NCBI GenBank assembly: GCA_963727445.1
Contig: CAVSGI010000010.1
Location: forward strand, 640,001 to 704,000
Reading direction: 5' to 3'
From: an uncultured delta proteobacterium
Lineage (GTDB): Bacteria > Myxococcota_A > Polyangia > Polyangiales > B10-G4
Length of the DNA stretch: 64,000 nucleotides
The notes under the pieces were generated by a model. The model did not search any database. It worked only from the letters and a program-made list of their open reading frames with translations, and was not told where the DNA came from. Positions 40,006-51,200 of this stretch are shown one piece after another. How positions within the stretch are numbered: the first letter of the stretch is position 1; the number at the start of each line of letters is the position of its first letter. A program made the position numbers and the translations under genes.

Positions 40006-41577
40006 GTGGAGCTTGGCGGCGGCAAGTATCGGCTCGGAGAACAGCTCGGAGTGGGCGGCATGGGCGCCGTCTACGAAGCGACGCACGTGGATCTCGGGCG
40101 CTTGGTGGCGATCAAGGTCTTGAACGAGAAGAACCGCGCGTCGGCCGAGCGCCGGGAACGCTTCCATCGCGAGGCGATGATCGCGGGTCGACTCGAACAT
40201 CCGCACATCGTCGACGTGCTGGACGTCTCGCCTGGTAGCGACGAAGAGCCGCCCTATCTCGTCATGGAGAAGCTCCAGGGGCGTACCCTGACCGCGTTGA
40301 TGCGAGAAGAAGGAGCGCTGGACGCGCACCGCGCCGCACGCCTCGCGCTGCAACTGCTCTCCGCGCTCGCCGCGGCGCACGCCGAGGGGGTGGTTCACCG
40401 CGACCTCAAGCCCGCGAACCTGATGATCACCAGCGGCTACGACGGCGGCGAGCACCTCAAAGTGCTCGACTTCGGGATCGCCCGCCTGATGCCCGAGACG
40501 GGGGCCGAGAAGCTCACGCATACCGGCCAGGTCCTCGGCACCCTGAACTACATGGCGCCCGAGCAGGCCGTGGGCAGCCCGGTGGATACGCGCGCCGACA
40601 TCTACGCCGCAGGCGCGGTGCTCTACTCCATGCTCGCTGGAGTGCCGCCGATTCCGGGGAAGAACGCGGCCGAGGTGATGGCGCGGGTGATCGCCGGGGA
40701 GTGGGAGCCGCTGAGCACCGTCCGGCCGGACGTGCCGAAGCTCGCGGGGGTCGTGCAGCGCGCGATGGCGATGAATCCCGAGCGGCGCTTCGCCTCGGCG
40801 AGGGAGATGAGCGCGGCGATCGAAGCCGCCGTGCCGGACGACGCGGACGCCTTCCTCTCCTCACCAGGCGCCGCGCCACCCGCGACACGCGCCCCTTCGG
40901 CCGAATCCCTCCCACCCGACACCCCAGTGAACGAAGCCGGTTCGGCTCGCGTCGAGAGGTCCGGCCCGCGACCGATCGTGCTCCTGCTCGCCGCGCTCGC
41001 GGCGGCCGTCCTGGCCGCATTGCTCGTCTTGTTCGTGCGCGGCGAGGACCACCCACGGCCGTCGGTCGACGCGCCAGCCCCACCACCACCGGCGCCAGCG
41101 GTGCCCGTGGCCGTGGAAGCCGCGCCGATGCAACCAGCAGCGAGGCCGGAAGCCGATGACGACGCAGACGTGGGACCGCCTCGAGCCGATGAGGATTCGA
41201 CCGAAACGGAAGCACGCGCGCACATGCAGACGGAGCGATCAGGCGCCGGAGCCCGAGGACCGAGCTGCCCGGCCTACATCGGGAGCCACGGCTCCCTGGA
41301 GGCCCGACACAACTACAGCACCCAGTTGCACTTCGGCCTCGAGCGCGCCCGCCACATCGCCGTCACGGAGTGCTTGAACGACGCACATCCCGGGTCGATG
41401 CTCGTGTCGATTCGCATCGATGCTCAGTCCCGCCCCACCCGGGTGCGCCTGTCGAACGCCAACTTCCTGTCGTCCACCGAACGCGCGTGCATCCGCCGCG
41501 CACTCTCGGCATCCGACTGGAGCAGCTTCGTGGGACCGGACGACCTGGCCTTCAACATGAATGTCGAGTGTCTCTGA
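40006..41577 (+). CDS. Transmembrane Ser/Thr protein kinase
   Basis: LGVGGMGAVY, VAIK, HRDLKPAN, DFG, GTLNYMAPE; TM helix; periplasmic C-domain. Confidence 0.95.
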   Translation: MELGGGKYRLGEQLGVGGMGAVYEATHVDLGRLVAIKVLNEKNRASAERRERFHREAMIAGRLEHPHIVDVLDVSPGSDEEPPYLVMEKLQGRTLTALMREEGALDAHRAARLALQLLSALAAAHAEGVVHRDLKPANLMITSGYDGGEHLKVLDFGIARLMPETGAEKLTHTGQVLGTLNYMAPEQAVGSPVDTRADIYAAGAVLYSMLAGVPPIPGKNAAEVMARVIAGEWEPLSTVRPDVPKLAGVVQRAMAMNPERRFASAREMSAAIEAAVPDDADAFLSSPGAAPPATRAPSAESLPPDTPVNEAGSARVERSGPRPIVLLLAALAAAVLAALLVLFVRGEDHPRPSVDAPAPPPPAPAVPVAVEAAPMQPAARPEADDDADVGPPRADEDSTETEARAHMQTERSGAGARGPSCPAYIGSHGSLEARHNYSTQLHFGLERARHIAVTECLNDAHPGSMLVSIRIDAQSRPTRVRLSNANFLSSTERACIRRALSASDWSSFVGPDDLAFNMNVECL

Positions 41578-41583
41578 AGCGGC

Positions 41584-42777
41584 TCACTCGTCGACGACGG
41601 CCATGAACATGTCCGCGATGGCGCGGTGTCCGTCCGGGTTCGGGTGGATGCAGGTGAGATCGAACCACAGGGGCGTGCCGGGACCGCGGTAGCAGGGTGC
41701 CGAGGGGTCGTCGTGATTGAAGCCACGACCGCAGAACTCCTCGAGCATGAAGATCATGTCCGAGTCGGTCTCCACCGCGATCCGCATGTACTGCTCCTCG
41801 GCGTACACGACCATCGCGGCGAGGATCGACGGGTCATCCCAGGGCGCGCCGAAACCCGCCAGCTCGGCCGAGGGACACGCGGTCACGTCGCCGGTGCCGT
41901 CGGTGAACTCGAACATGTTGGCGAAGACGACGAAGACGCCACTCGGAAAACGCCCGGGCTCCTTGAGCCAATGGACGGCGTCTTCCATGTATTGCACGAA
42001 GAGGTGCACCTCGTCCCAGAGGTCGGCGATGGGCACCCCGTCGACGCCGTCGTTGGTGATGGCGGCGACGTCGTTGCCGCCCATCGTCATGATGACCAGC
42101 GTGCGCTGATCCCGCGCGCTCGCCGGGAAGCACTCTTCGAGCTGATTGCCGGCGCCGAGAAGATCGTCGGTGCGTGCACCCCACCTGGCACAGCTGGCGA
42201 ACGCGCCGGACTCCATCACGCCGGAGATCCCATCGACGGGGTTCGCCGACTTCCACAGGAGGTTCGGCGGATCGATCCCGAAGCGGGACGCCAGCGAATC
42301 GGCGAGACGCGCGCGGTAGACGTCGCCGCTGAGCGTGGGCGGCGTGCCGACGGTGACCGAGTCGCCGAGAAAGACCACACGCTCGATGCCGGTGATGTCC
42401 TGATGATTGGTGCCGAGGCAGTGGCTGCCGATCGTCGGCATGAAAGGCGCATAGTCCGGCGCGACCGGCGGCATCGTGGCGTAGGCCCCGGCGAAGCAAG
42501 CCTCGGCTGTCAGCGGTCCGGTGTCCGCGGCATCGACGGCCCCATCCGCCGCATCCGGCGCAGCATCGGCGGCGTGGCCGCCATCGCGTGGTGAGCCGAA
42601 GTCCGGCCGGCCCGAATCGGCGGCCGTCCCGCTGTCCACCACGGCGTCCATCGAGCCATCCCCGAGAGCGGCGTCCGATCCCGCGCCCCCGTCCCCCGTG
42701 GCGCCGCCGTCGTCGCCGCACCCACCCAAAGCGAGCAACGCAAAGACCCCGACGCTCATGAGAGACCACTCACGCAT
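41584..42777 (-). CDS. SGNH/GDSL hydrolase lipoprotein
   Basis: FLGDSV block I, GGND block III, HPN block V; lipobox GGC. Confidence 0.85.
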   Translation of the reverse strand: MREWSLMSVGVFALLALGGCGDDGGATGDGGAGSDAALGDGSMDAVVDSGTAADSGRPDFGSPRDGGHAADAAPDAADGAVDAADTGPLTAEACFAGAYATMPPVAPDYAPFMPTIGSHCLGTNHQDITGIERVVFLGDSVTVGTPPTLSGDVYRARLADSLASRFGIDPPNLLWKSANPVDGISGVMESGAFASCARWGARTDDLLGAGNQLEECFPASARDQRTLVIMTMGGNDVAAITNDGVDGVPIADLWDEVHLFVQYMEDAVHWLKEPGRFPSGVFVVFANMFEFTDGTGDVTACPSAELAGFGAPWDDPSILAAMVVYAEEQYMRIAVETDSDMIFMLEEFCGRGFNHDDPSAPCYRGPGTPLWFDLTCIHPNPDGHRAIADMFMAVVDE

Positions 42778-42876
42778 CGACCGACGGGATGCCCCAACAC
42801 CGGCCTCCCTTCAAATCGAGGCGACGGATTGCTCACACTCAGTGAAAGAGGTCGCGCAATTTGCTACTGCTCCCCC

Positions 42877-43794
42877 ATGCGGCAGCTCGCGCGCTTCGAG
42901 GAGAGGGACAGGGCCGAGATCCTGGCGGACACCCTCTACGTCGAGGGCATCGAAGGCCGCGTCGAGGAGGCGCGAGACGGCGCCTTCATTCTGTGGGTCG
43001 AGGACGAACGGCATCTCGATCGTGCCAAGGAGCTGCTCTCGCTCTTCGAAGAGGAGCCGGGGGACGCACGCTTCGAAAAGGCACGCAAGGAAGCCGAGAG
43101 TCGCCGCAAGAACGCCGCGAAGAAGGAAGCCGCCGCCCAGAAGAGAGCCGACAAGCTCCGCGCACGCTTGGAGCGTCGAACCGAGTCGGGCTACGGGCGC
43201 GTCACCCTCGGGCTGATCTTCACCTGCGTGGGCCTGGCGCTCGCGATGCAGTTCACGAACTACCAAGCCATCTATCGGTGGCTCGCATACGCAGGTCCCA
43301 CGCCCTTCGGCCTTCCCTGGGGCGGCATCCGTGACGGTCAGGTCTGGCGACTGGTCACACCCGCCTTCGTCCACGCGCCCATCATGGGCTTCGGGGTGCT
43401 CCACCTCTTCTTCAACATGTACTGGTTGAAGGATCTGGGGACGCTCTACGAGCGCAACACCAGCGGCCTCCGGTTGCTCCTCTTCGTGTTGGTGGTCGCC
43501 GCCCTCTCCAACACATTCGCCTTCTTCGTCTGGGGCGAGCAGAGCTTCGTCGGCATGTCGGGAGTGATCCTCGGCCTCTGGGGCTACGCGTGGGCGCGTT
43601 TCAAGATCGGCAAGAGTCACGAGTGGGCGATGCCCCAGAGCTGGGCTCTGTGGCTCATCGGCTTCTACCTCGTCGCGCTCTTCGGTCTCCTCGGCGGCGT
43701 CGCCAACGGCGTGCACACCGGCGGCCTGCTCGCGGGCGCTGCGTGGGGCGCGATCGCCGGACTGCGCGAGAGAGCGGGCTCGCGACGACCCTGA
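42877..43794 (+). CDS. Rhomboid family intramembrane serine protease (GlpG-like)
   Basis: WRLVTP..H..HLFFN, GMSG catalytic Ser, HTGG catalytic His; soluble N-domain. Confidence 0.9.
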   Translation: MRQLARFEERDRAEILADTLYVEGIEGRVEEARDGAFILWVEDERHLDRAKELLSLFEEEPGDARFEKARKEAESRRKNAAKKEAAAQKRADKLRARLERRTESGYGRVTLGLIFTCVGLALAMQFTNYQAIYRWLAYAGPTPFGLPWGGIRDGQVWRLVTPAFVHAPIMGFGVLHLFFNMYWLKDLGTLYERNTSGLRLLLFVLVVAALSNTFAFFVWGEQSFVGMSGVILGLWGYAWARFKIGKSHEWAMPQSWALWLIGFYLVALFGLLGGVANGVHTGGLLAGAAWGAIAGLRERAGSRRP

Positions 43795-43838
43795 CGCGTG
43801 ATGTGCGCGAGCGTGCGCGAGATGGCATGCTTTGCGCG

Positions 43839-45204
43839 ATGCGCTTCTTGGTCTCGCTTTCGCTGGCCGTCGCGATGACGGCGCTCCTCGCCCCCCGAGC
43901 CGAAGCCCATGGGCGCATTCCCGAGCTGGGGCGCATCTCGTTCCACCCCTCGAACGACGACATCTTCCTGGTGCGAGGCACCTTCGGCCTGGCGGTCACC
44001 AAGGACGACGGGGCCAGCTTCCAGTGGGTCTGCCCCACCGTGTTCAGCGGGCGCTGGACGGAGGATCCGGCCATCACCATCGCCGAGGACGGCTCCTTCA
44101 TCGTCGGCATCTTCGACGGCCTGTCCCGCAGCCCCGACGGCGGGTGCAACTGGGAGATGCCCTCCACCGATCTGTCCGCTCAGGTGGTGATCGACGTCGC
44201 GCGCACCGCCGACGCCACGCGGCTCTTCGCGCTCCAGTCGAGCGGCGGCACGGACAACGGCTTGTGGACGAGCACCGACTCGGGTGCGTCGTGGGTCGCC
44301 ACCAACCCCGCCATCGATCCCATCCTCTTCGAGACGATACGGGTCGCACCCTCGGACGCGATGCGCGTCTACCTCACGGGCGCTTACCCACCGTCGGCGA
44401 CGTCGCCTCGACGGCCCTTCGTCTACGCATCCGATGACGGCGGCGTGACCTTCGACTCGGTCGCCTTCAGCGACTTTCGCGATGGAGACCGCAACGTCTA
44501 TCTGATGGGGGTCGACCCCAACGATGCGGACCGCCTCCTGATCCAGGTGCGGGGCGCCGACACCGACCGGATCTACGAGAGCACCGACGCTGGCCAGACC
44601 TTCAGCGAGATGCTCAGCGTCCCCTCGATGGACGCCTTCGCGTGGTCGGAGGACGAGAACGACGGCGTGGATCGGCTCCAAGACGAACACCACCCTCTAC
44701 CAATCCACCGACGGGGGCCACACTTTCGATCCGCTCCGAACCGACATCACGGTGAGCTGCCTCGGTGTGCGCAACGACGAGCTCTTCGTGTGCACCGCCA
44801 ACTTCATCGACGGCTACGCCCTCGGCCGGTCGACGGATCAGGGAATGACCATCGACCCGCTCTTCGTCTACGCCGACATCGACGGGATCGTCTCCTGCGA
44901 TGCCGGGGCCGACGCGCCGACCGTCTGTGAGATGGAGATGGTGGACCTGGAGCGCGATCTCGGTCTTCTCGGCGACGCCGGCGTGCCGGATGGCGGCGAT
45001 GGATCGGTCGACGGCAGCACCGATGGTGGGGCCGACGGCGGCTCCGACGGGTCCGCCGACTCCGGTACGGATCCAGGCGGAGGCGGTTGCGGCTGTCGTG
45101 TGGCTGCGGCGTCCGACGACACCGGCGGCCCCGGATGGACCGCGCTCCTCGGCGTGCTGGCGCTCGTCGCTTGGCGCCGCCGGGACGTGGATCGACAGCA
45201 CTGA
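43839..45204 (+). CDS. BNR/Asp-box repeat protein with MYXO-CTERM; frameshifted at ~44655
   Basis: Signal AEA|HG; S/TxDxGxxW/F repeats. After AWSED it continues in the frame of ORF 44752..45204 (TTAWIGSK..STDGG..GGGCGCRV..LLGVLALVAWRRR). Paralog of 37401..38798. Confidence 0.8.
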
Positions 45205-45271
45205 AGAGGAGGGCTAAGCTTCGGCCAGCCCCTGGGGTGCCGCGCGGCGCCGGCCGGGGTCGGAGGCGGCG

Positions 45272-46372
45272 ATGAGGAATTGGCTTATTGGAGCCCTCTT
45301 TCTAGGGGCGCTTTTCACCACGCATGCGGCGGCAGCCCAGGACGCCCGCGAACAGGCGCGCGAGAACTTCAACGCTGGCGTCCAGGCGTTCGAGGCGGGC
45401 AACTTCGAGCAGGCCCTCGAGGCGTTCCAGGAGGCCTACCGGCTCGCGCCCCACCCGACCGTCCGGGTGAACATGGCCAACTGCTACGAGCGCCTGAACC
45501 GCCCGCTCGAAGCGCTCTTCCATTTCGAGAGCTTCCTCGCCGAGTCGGAGGACGCGCCCGCCGAGCAGAGGCGTGAGGTGCAGGCGGCAGTGGAGCGACT
45601 TCGACATCAGATCGGCGAGGTCACGCTTCGCGTCGCACCCGACGGCGCGCTCGTTCGCCTCGACGAGTCCGAGGTGCGCCGCGCTCCCATCATGAACACC
45701 ATCCGCATGACCCCCGGCAGCCACGTAGTCGAGGTGCGCGCCGAGGGCTATCAGTCGATTCGTCGCGAGTTCATCGTCGAAGCCGGCCAGCCGGCCGACG
45801 TCACCATTCGCCTCGAGCGGGGCGAAGACACCGTCGCCGAGCCGCTCCCAGCCGTCGACGAGAGCCCGGTGGTCGAAGGCGAGCCGCTGCCTGCGGACGC
45901 GGTCGCCGCGCCTCCACCCTCCACCACCACACAGGACGTCGTCGGCCCCGAGCCACTGGCCGATGAAGGGGGCGGCGGCGGCTTCGAGATCACGACGCCA
46001 ACGATCATCGCCGGCGCGGCGACCGGGGCCCTGCTGGTCGGAACGGTGATCACCGGCATCCTCGCCCTCGGCGCGAACAGCGACTTCGAAGACGCCGTGA
46101 CGCGGAGCAACGATCCCTCATTGTCTCGCGCCGAACGCGCGCAGGCCCGGATGGATGGCACGGACGCGGCGTCGCGCGCGAACACCCTCTCCACCGTGAG
46201 CGACGTGCTCCTGGTGTCCACCATCGTCGCCGCGGGAGCGACGGTGGCGCTGTTCTTCTTCACTCAGCCGGACGGAGACGACGAGCCCGTGGCACACGGA
46301 CCCCGGATTCGCGGCGTGACGGCTGCGGCGACCCCCCAGGGCGGCGCCATCGTTCTCACCGGCGAGCTCTGA
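45272..46372 (+). CDS. TPR + PEGA domain protein
   Basis: Signal peptide; TPR; PEGA (PDGALVRLD..PGSHVVEVRAEGY); two hydrophobic helices; ends GGAIVLTGEL. Confidence 0.85.
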   Translation: MRNWLIGALFLGALFTTHAAAAQDAREQARENFNAGVQAFEAGNFEQALEAFQEAYRLAPHPTVRVNMANCYERLNRPLEALFHFESFLAESEDAPAEQRREVQAAVERLRHQIGEVTLRVAPDGALVRLDESEVRRAPIMNTIRMTPGSHVVEVRAEGYQSIRREFIVEAGQPADVTIRLERGEDTVAEPLPAVDESPVVEGEPLPADAVAAPPPSTTTQDVVGPEPLADEGGGGGFEITTPTIIAGAATGALLVGTVITGILALGANSDFEDAVTRSNDPSLSRAERAQARMDGTDAASRANTLSTVSDVLLVSTIVAAGATVALFFFTQPDGDDEPVAHGPRIRGVTAAATPQGGAIVLTGEL

Positions 46373-46373
46373 G

Positions 46374-48170
46374 GTGCGTGCGTCGCCGCTCTGTTGGGGC
46401 CTCGCCCTCACCGTCGCTCTGGCGATGGCGGGATGCAGCGCACTGGTGAACCCGGATGAGAGCCGCCTCGGCGGGGCGGGCGATGCGGGGACTGGCGACG
46501 GCGGCCGGCCCGACGTGAGCACCCCCGACGGCGGCGGTGACAGTGGGCCTATGGACGGCGGGGGGCCGGACGCAGCGGACACGGGTACCGACACCGGCGG
46601 AGGCTGTTCGGGCGGCTGCGACGACGGGATCGACTGCACCACCGACGAGTGTGTCGCAGGCTCCTGCGTCTCGACCCCGAACGACGGAGCTTGCGGCGGG
46701 GGCGAGGTGTGCGACCCCCGGCTGGGATGCAGCGCTTCGTCCTGCACCACCAACGCTGATTGCGACGATGGCGCCTATTGCAACGGCGTCGAGGCCTGCG
46801 ATCCGGGCAACCCCGCGGCGAACGCGCGAGGCTGTATCGGGGGCGGCGCCCCCAGCTGTGACGACGGGGTGGCGTGTACCGCTGACAGCTGCGACGAAGC
46901 GGCCGACGCGTGCGTGAACGAAGCCAGCGACATGCTCTGCGACGATGGGATCGATTGCACCGACGACACCTGTCGCCCGGGCGCTGGGCGCGCCGACGAG
47001 CGAGGCTGTATCTACAACCCGCGCAACAGCCGATGCAGCAGCACCGACTTCTGCAGTGGTGGAAACGTCTGCAGCATCGAAGCGGGCGGGTGCACCGGTG
47101 GGACACCGCGCGACTGCAGCGACGGTGACGTCTGCACGACGGACAGCTGCGATTCCGCTGCCTCGATGTGCGTCCACGTCGGGCGCGACGAGGATGGCGA
47201 CGGTGCATTCGCCACCCACATCGGCTCGACGAGCTGTCCGACCGGCACCGACTGCGACGACGGCAACCCTTCGGTGCACCCGGGAGCCACCGAGCTCTGC
47301 AACATGATCGACGACGACTGCGATGGGCTGGTTGACGAGCTCTGCACGCCGATCCCCGACACGTGCGGCAGCGCGGAAGAGATCTCGGTGACGGTGGGCG
47401 GCTCGACCACCACCATCATGGGGAGCCTGGGCAGCTTCGCCTCCGACTACCAGAGCCCCTGCGGCTCTCCCGGCGGGCGCGACGCCGTCTACTACGTCGA
47501 CGTCACGACCCCCGTCGATCTCCTCATCGACACCATCGGAAGCGCGGCAGACACCGTGGTCGCCGTGGCCCTCGACTGTAGCAGCGACGGCTTCCGCAGG
47601 TTGGGCTGTGACGATGACATCGATCTCGGCGTCGATCTTCAGAGCCGCGTCTGGGTCCATCGATTCGGCCCGCCGCCGGGCACCTCCAGCGCGCGGCTCT
47701 ACATTCTCGTGGATGGGCGCACGTCGTCGGAGACGGGCACCTTCCAGCTCAACGTCCGCGCCAGCATGGCAGCCGCCGATGCATGCCTGTCGCCCATCGA
47801 CATCAGCGGGGGCGGCGCGTTGATCGGTTTCATCGCGCCAAGCACGGCCTCGGTCGGCTATCGCGGAAGCTGTCAGTCGGACGCCGCCGCCACCGAGTCC
47901 GAAGCGATCGCCACGATCTACGGGCCGCCCGACGGCGACATCGACATCGATGCCTTCTCGAACTTCTTCGATCCCGACCTGTACTTGCACCGCAACCGAT
48001 GCGCGACCGGCCCCGAGGTGGACTGCGTCGCGGGCGACGGCTTCGGCGCCGCCGGCTTTCGCTACCACACCCGCATGGGCCCCACCTCGACCACCCCGGG
48101 CGGCGACTACTACCTCTTCGTCGACGGCGTCGACATGGCTGGCGCCTACCTCGTCTCGTACGAGCCCTGA
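46374..48170 (+). CDS. Cys-rich lipoprotein with CDDGxxCTxDxC repeats and a DCDD..HPGATELCN..DDDCDG metal-binding motif
   Basis: Lipobox AGC; repeats visible in the translation; C-terminal PPC-like beta domains (YYLFVDG). Confidence 0.8.
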   Translation: MRASPLCWGLALTVALAMAGCSALVNPDESRLGGAGDAGTGDGGRPDVSTPDGGGDSGPMDGGGPDAADTGTDTGGGCSGGCDDGIDCTTDECVAGSCVSTPNDGACGGGEVCDPRLGCSASSCTTNADCDDGAYCNGVEACDPGNPAANARGCIGGGAPSCDDGVACTADSCDEAADACVNEASDMLCDDGIDCTDDTCRPGAGRADERGCIYNPRNSRCSSTDFCSGGNVCSIEAGGCTGGTPRDCSDGDVCTTDSCDSAASMCVHVGRDEDGDGAFATHIGSTSCPTGTDCDDGNPSVHPGATELCNMIDDDCDGLVDELCTPIPDTCGSAEEISVTVGGSTTTIMGSLGSFASDYQSPCGSPGGRDAVYYVDVTTPVDLLIDTIGSAADTVVAVALDCSSDGFRRLGCDDDIDLGVDLQSRVWVHRFGPPPGTSSARLYILVDGRTSSETGTFQLNVRASMAAADACLSPIDISGGGALIGFIAPSTASVGYRGSCQSDAAATESEAIATIYGPPDGDIDIDAFSNFFDPDLYLHRNRCATGPEVDCVAGDGFGAAGFRYHTRMGPTSTTPGGDYYLFVDGVDMAGAYLVSYEP

Positions 48171-48205
48171 GCGTCCGCTCATGGTTTGCGTTACAGTTGC
48201 CCCGC

Positions 48206-51200
48206 ATGGGGGGGCTGCCACTTTCGCCGATGCAGCGAAGTCTGCTTCTGGATGCCTTGCGCGGTGGAGAGCAGGGGGTGGGTGTCGAGCAGTTCGTGGT
48301 GTTCATGCCCGAACGCGTGGACGCAGCGCGCCTCCGCACCGCCTTCGAAGGAGTGCTCGCGCGCCACGCGAGCCTGAGATGCAGCTTCCGCTGGCACGAC
48401 CAGCTCACGCAAGTCGTCCACGATGACGTGTCGCTCCCCTTCGAGCAGGTAACGCTTTCGAGTGATGGCGGCAGTGAGGAGGTCGAGCACTGGCTCGCCG
48501 CCGATCGCCGCCGTGGCTTCTCGCTCGATAGCGCCCCTCTGCTGCGCGTCGCCCTGCTCACCCGCCGAGCCGAGGAGCACCACCTGGTCTTTTCGTTCCA
48601 CCACATCCTCTTGGATGGACGGAGCACGCTGCAGGTCGTGCGCGAGGCTTTCGCCGCCTACGACGGTGGGTTCGACGATGATCTACCCACGGAGGTCGTT
48701 CCCTTTGCTCGGCATGTCGAGCACCTCGATTCGCTGGAGGAGGGGCGCTCCGACGCGTTCTTCGAAGCGCTCCTCGAGGCGTTCGAGGGGCCGACCCCCC
48801 TTCCCTTCGGCGCGCGGACCGAGCACGCGAGCAGCGGGCACCGTGAGCTCTCGCGAATCGTCCCCGAGGAGCGCGCGGCACGGATCGCGGCACGTGCGGA
48901 GGAGCTCGACCTGCGCTCGAGCAGCTTCTTCCAGGCGGCGTGGGCGCTGATGCTGGGCCGTCACGCCGAGGTGCAGGACGTCACCTTCGGCGGGGTCCGT
49001 GCCTGCCGTCACTCCACCGTGGAAGGGGCCGAGAGCATGGTCGGCGTCCTGATCAACACGCTGCCCGTGCGTGCGCGCCTCGATCCCGAGGCGACCGTCC
49101 GCGATCTCGTCCGAGACCTCAGAACGCAATGGGTGGCGCTGCGAGAACACGAGAACACCCCCCTCTCTCGCATCGTCGGTCTGGTGCGCGACGAGTCCGC
49201 CGACCGGCTCTTCGACACGCTCGTCATGTACGAGCAGTACGATCTCGCCACCGAGCTTCCTGCGCTAGGCGGTCCGTGGGCGCCGCGACGAGTGCGGCTC
49301 CTCGAGCACACGGGTGTCCCCCTCTCCCTTTCGGTCTACCACCAGGGTCGAGCGCGTCTCACGATCGAATACGACACGAACTGCTTCGACGACGCGGAGG
49401 TCGACGCGCTCCTCGACATGCTCGATGCGCTCCTCGCCGAGATGGTGGAGGACCCGGACCGGAAGCTGGGGACCCTCGTGGGACTGAGTCCCGAGACGCG
49501 TGACCGCGTCCTCGACCTCTCGGCCGGGCCGCCGCTCGACACGCCGGTCACCGACACCGTCCATGCCATGCTCTGGGCACGGGCCGGGGCAGCCGACGAT
49601 GCCATCGCGGTCTCCTCCGATGACGCGGTCGAGGGCCTCGACTACGGCACGTTGCGCCGTCGCGCGCATGGCTTCGCCGCGCGCTTGTGCGCCGAGGGCG
49701 TGACGCGGGGACAGCGCGTGGGACTGTGCACCGGGCGCGACGTCGACTTCGCCGTCGGACTGCTGGGCATCCTCGAGGCGGGCGCGGCCTACGTGCCTCT
49801 CGACCCCACATATCCCCCCGAGCGCCTGGCGTTCATCCTGGAGGATGCGTCGATCGCCCTGGTGGTCACCACCGAGCAGACGCGAGGAGTCGCGGAGTCC
49901 CTCGGGGCCCGCGCGCTGGTCGTAGGCGACGAGACTTCCGAGGAATCGGTGGGCGTGGAGGTCGACGGGGAAGACATCGCGTACGTGATCTACACGTCGG
50001 GTTCGACCGGTCGCCCGAAGGGAGTGCCCATCCGGCACAGCTCCGTGGTCCGTCATTGTCTCGCGACCAGCGAGCTCTACGACCTCACGGCCGAAGATCG
50101 CATCCCTCAGTTCGCGTCGATCAGCTTCGACATCGCCGTCGAGGAGATCTTCCCGACCTGGTCCGTGGGCGCAGAGCTCGTTCTCAGACCGGCGGATGTC
50201 GTCGACATCGCCGGTTTCACCCGATGGCTCGCCAAGCGCGGCATCACCGTTCTGCAGCTACCCACGGCGTTCTTCCAGCAGTGGGTCGACGCTCTCTTGT
50301 CTCAGGGCATGTCGCTTCCGCCGACGATTCGTCTCGTCATCGTGGGCGGCGAGGCAGCGACTCTCGCTGCATATCGACGCTTCACTTCCATCGCCGGACC
50401 GAACACCCGCTGGATCAATGCCTATGGCCCGACCGAAGCCACCGTCACCGCGACGACCTTCGAAGCGACGGGCGAGTCGCTGCGCGACGATCCGCCGATC
50501 GGAAAGCCGATCCCCGGGGCTTTCGCGTACCTCCTCGATCAGCGATCGGAGCTCGTGCCCTTCGGAGTGCCCGGCGAGCTCTACCTCGGCGGCAAGTGCC
50601 TGACACCTGGGTACCTGAACCGACCCGAGCAGACGGAAGCGCGCTTCGTCGAAAATCCGATCGTCACCGCGGGCGCGCCACGTCGCCTCTATCGCACGGG
50701 CGATCGCGCGCGGCGCCTGCCGACGGGAGACATCGCGTTCCTCGGACGCGACGACCGTCAGGTCAAAGTGCGCGGCTACCGCATCGAGCTCGGCGAGGTC
50801 GAGTCTGCGCTGGCGGTGCATCCGTCGGTCGTCAGCGCGGCGGCGAAGGTGTGGGGCGAGGGGGCCAACCGACGTCTGGTGGGCTACGTCAGCGGCTCCT
50901 CGGTGCTCGACACCGGGGAGATCCGATGCGACCTCGAGGGCCGGGTCCCTTCGCATCTCGTCCCCGGTCGGATCGTCGCGCTCGACGCGATGCCGCGCCT
51001 GCCCAACGGGAAGGTCGACTACGCATCTCTGCCGCTTCCGGCCGACGACGCGCCCAAAGTCGACGACGACAATCGACCCCGCACGCTGTTGGAGCACATG
51101 CTCCTCGAGTTGTGGCGCGAGACCCTCGGACGACGCGACATCGGCATCCACGACAGCTTCTTTGCTAGCGGCGGAGACTCACTCGCGGCCATCCGGCTCC

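Noticed and set aside
43823..43837. TGGCATGCTTTGCGC as sigma-54 promoter
   Set aside because: It ends 1 nt before the ATG, so the start site would fall inside the gene; CATGCT as a weak -10 fits better.
47783..48205. N-terminal extension of the NRPS ORF
   Set aside because: It overlaps the upstream lipoprotein gene in another frame; the C domain begins at ATG 48206.
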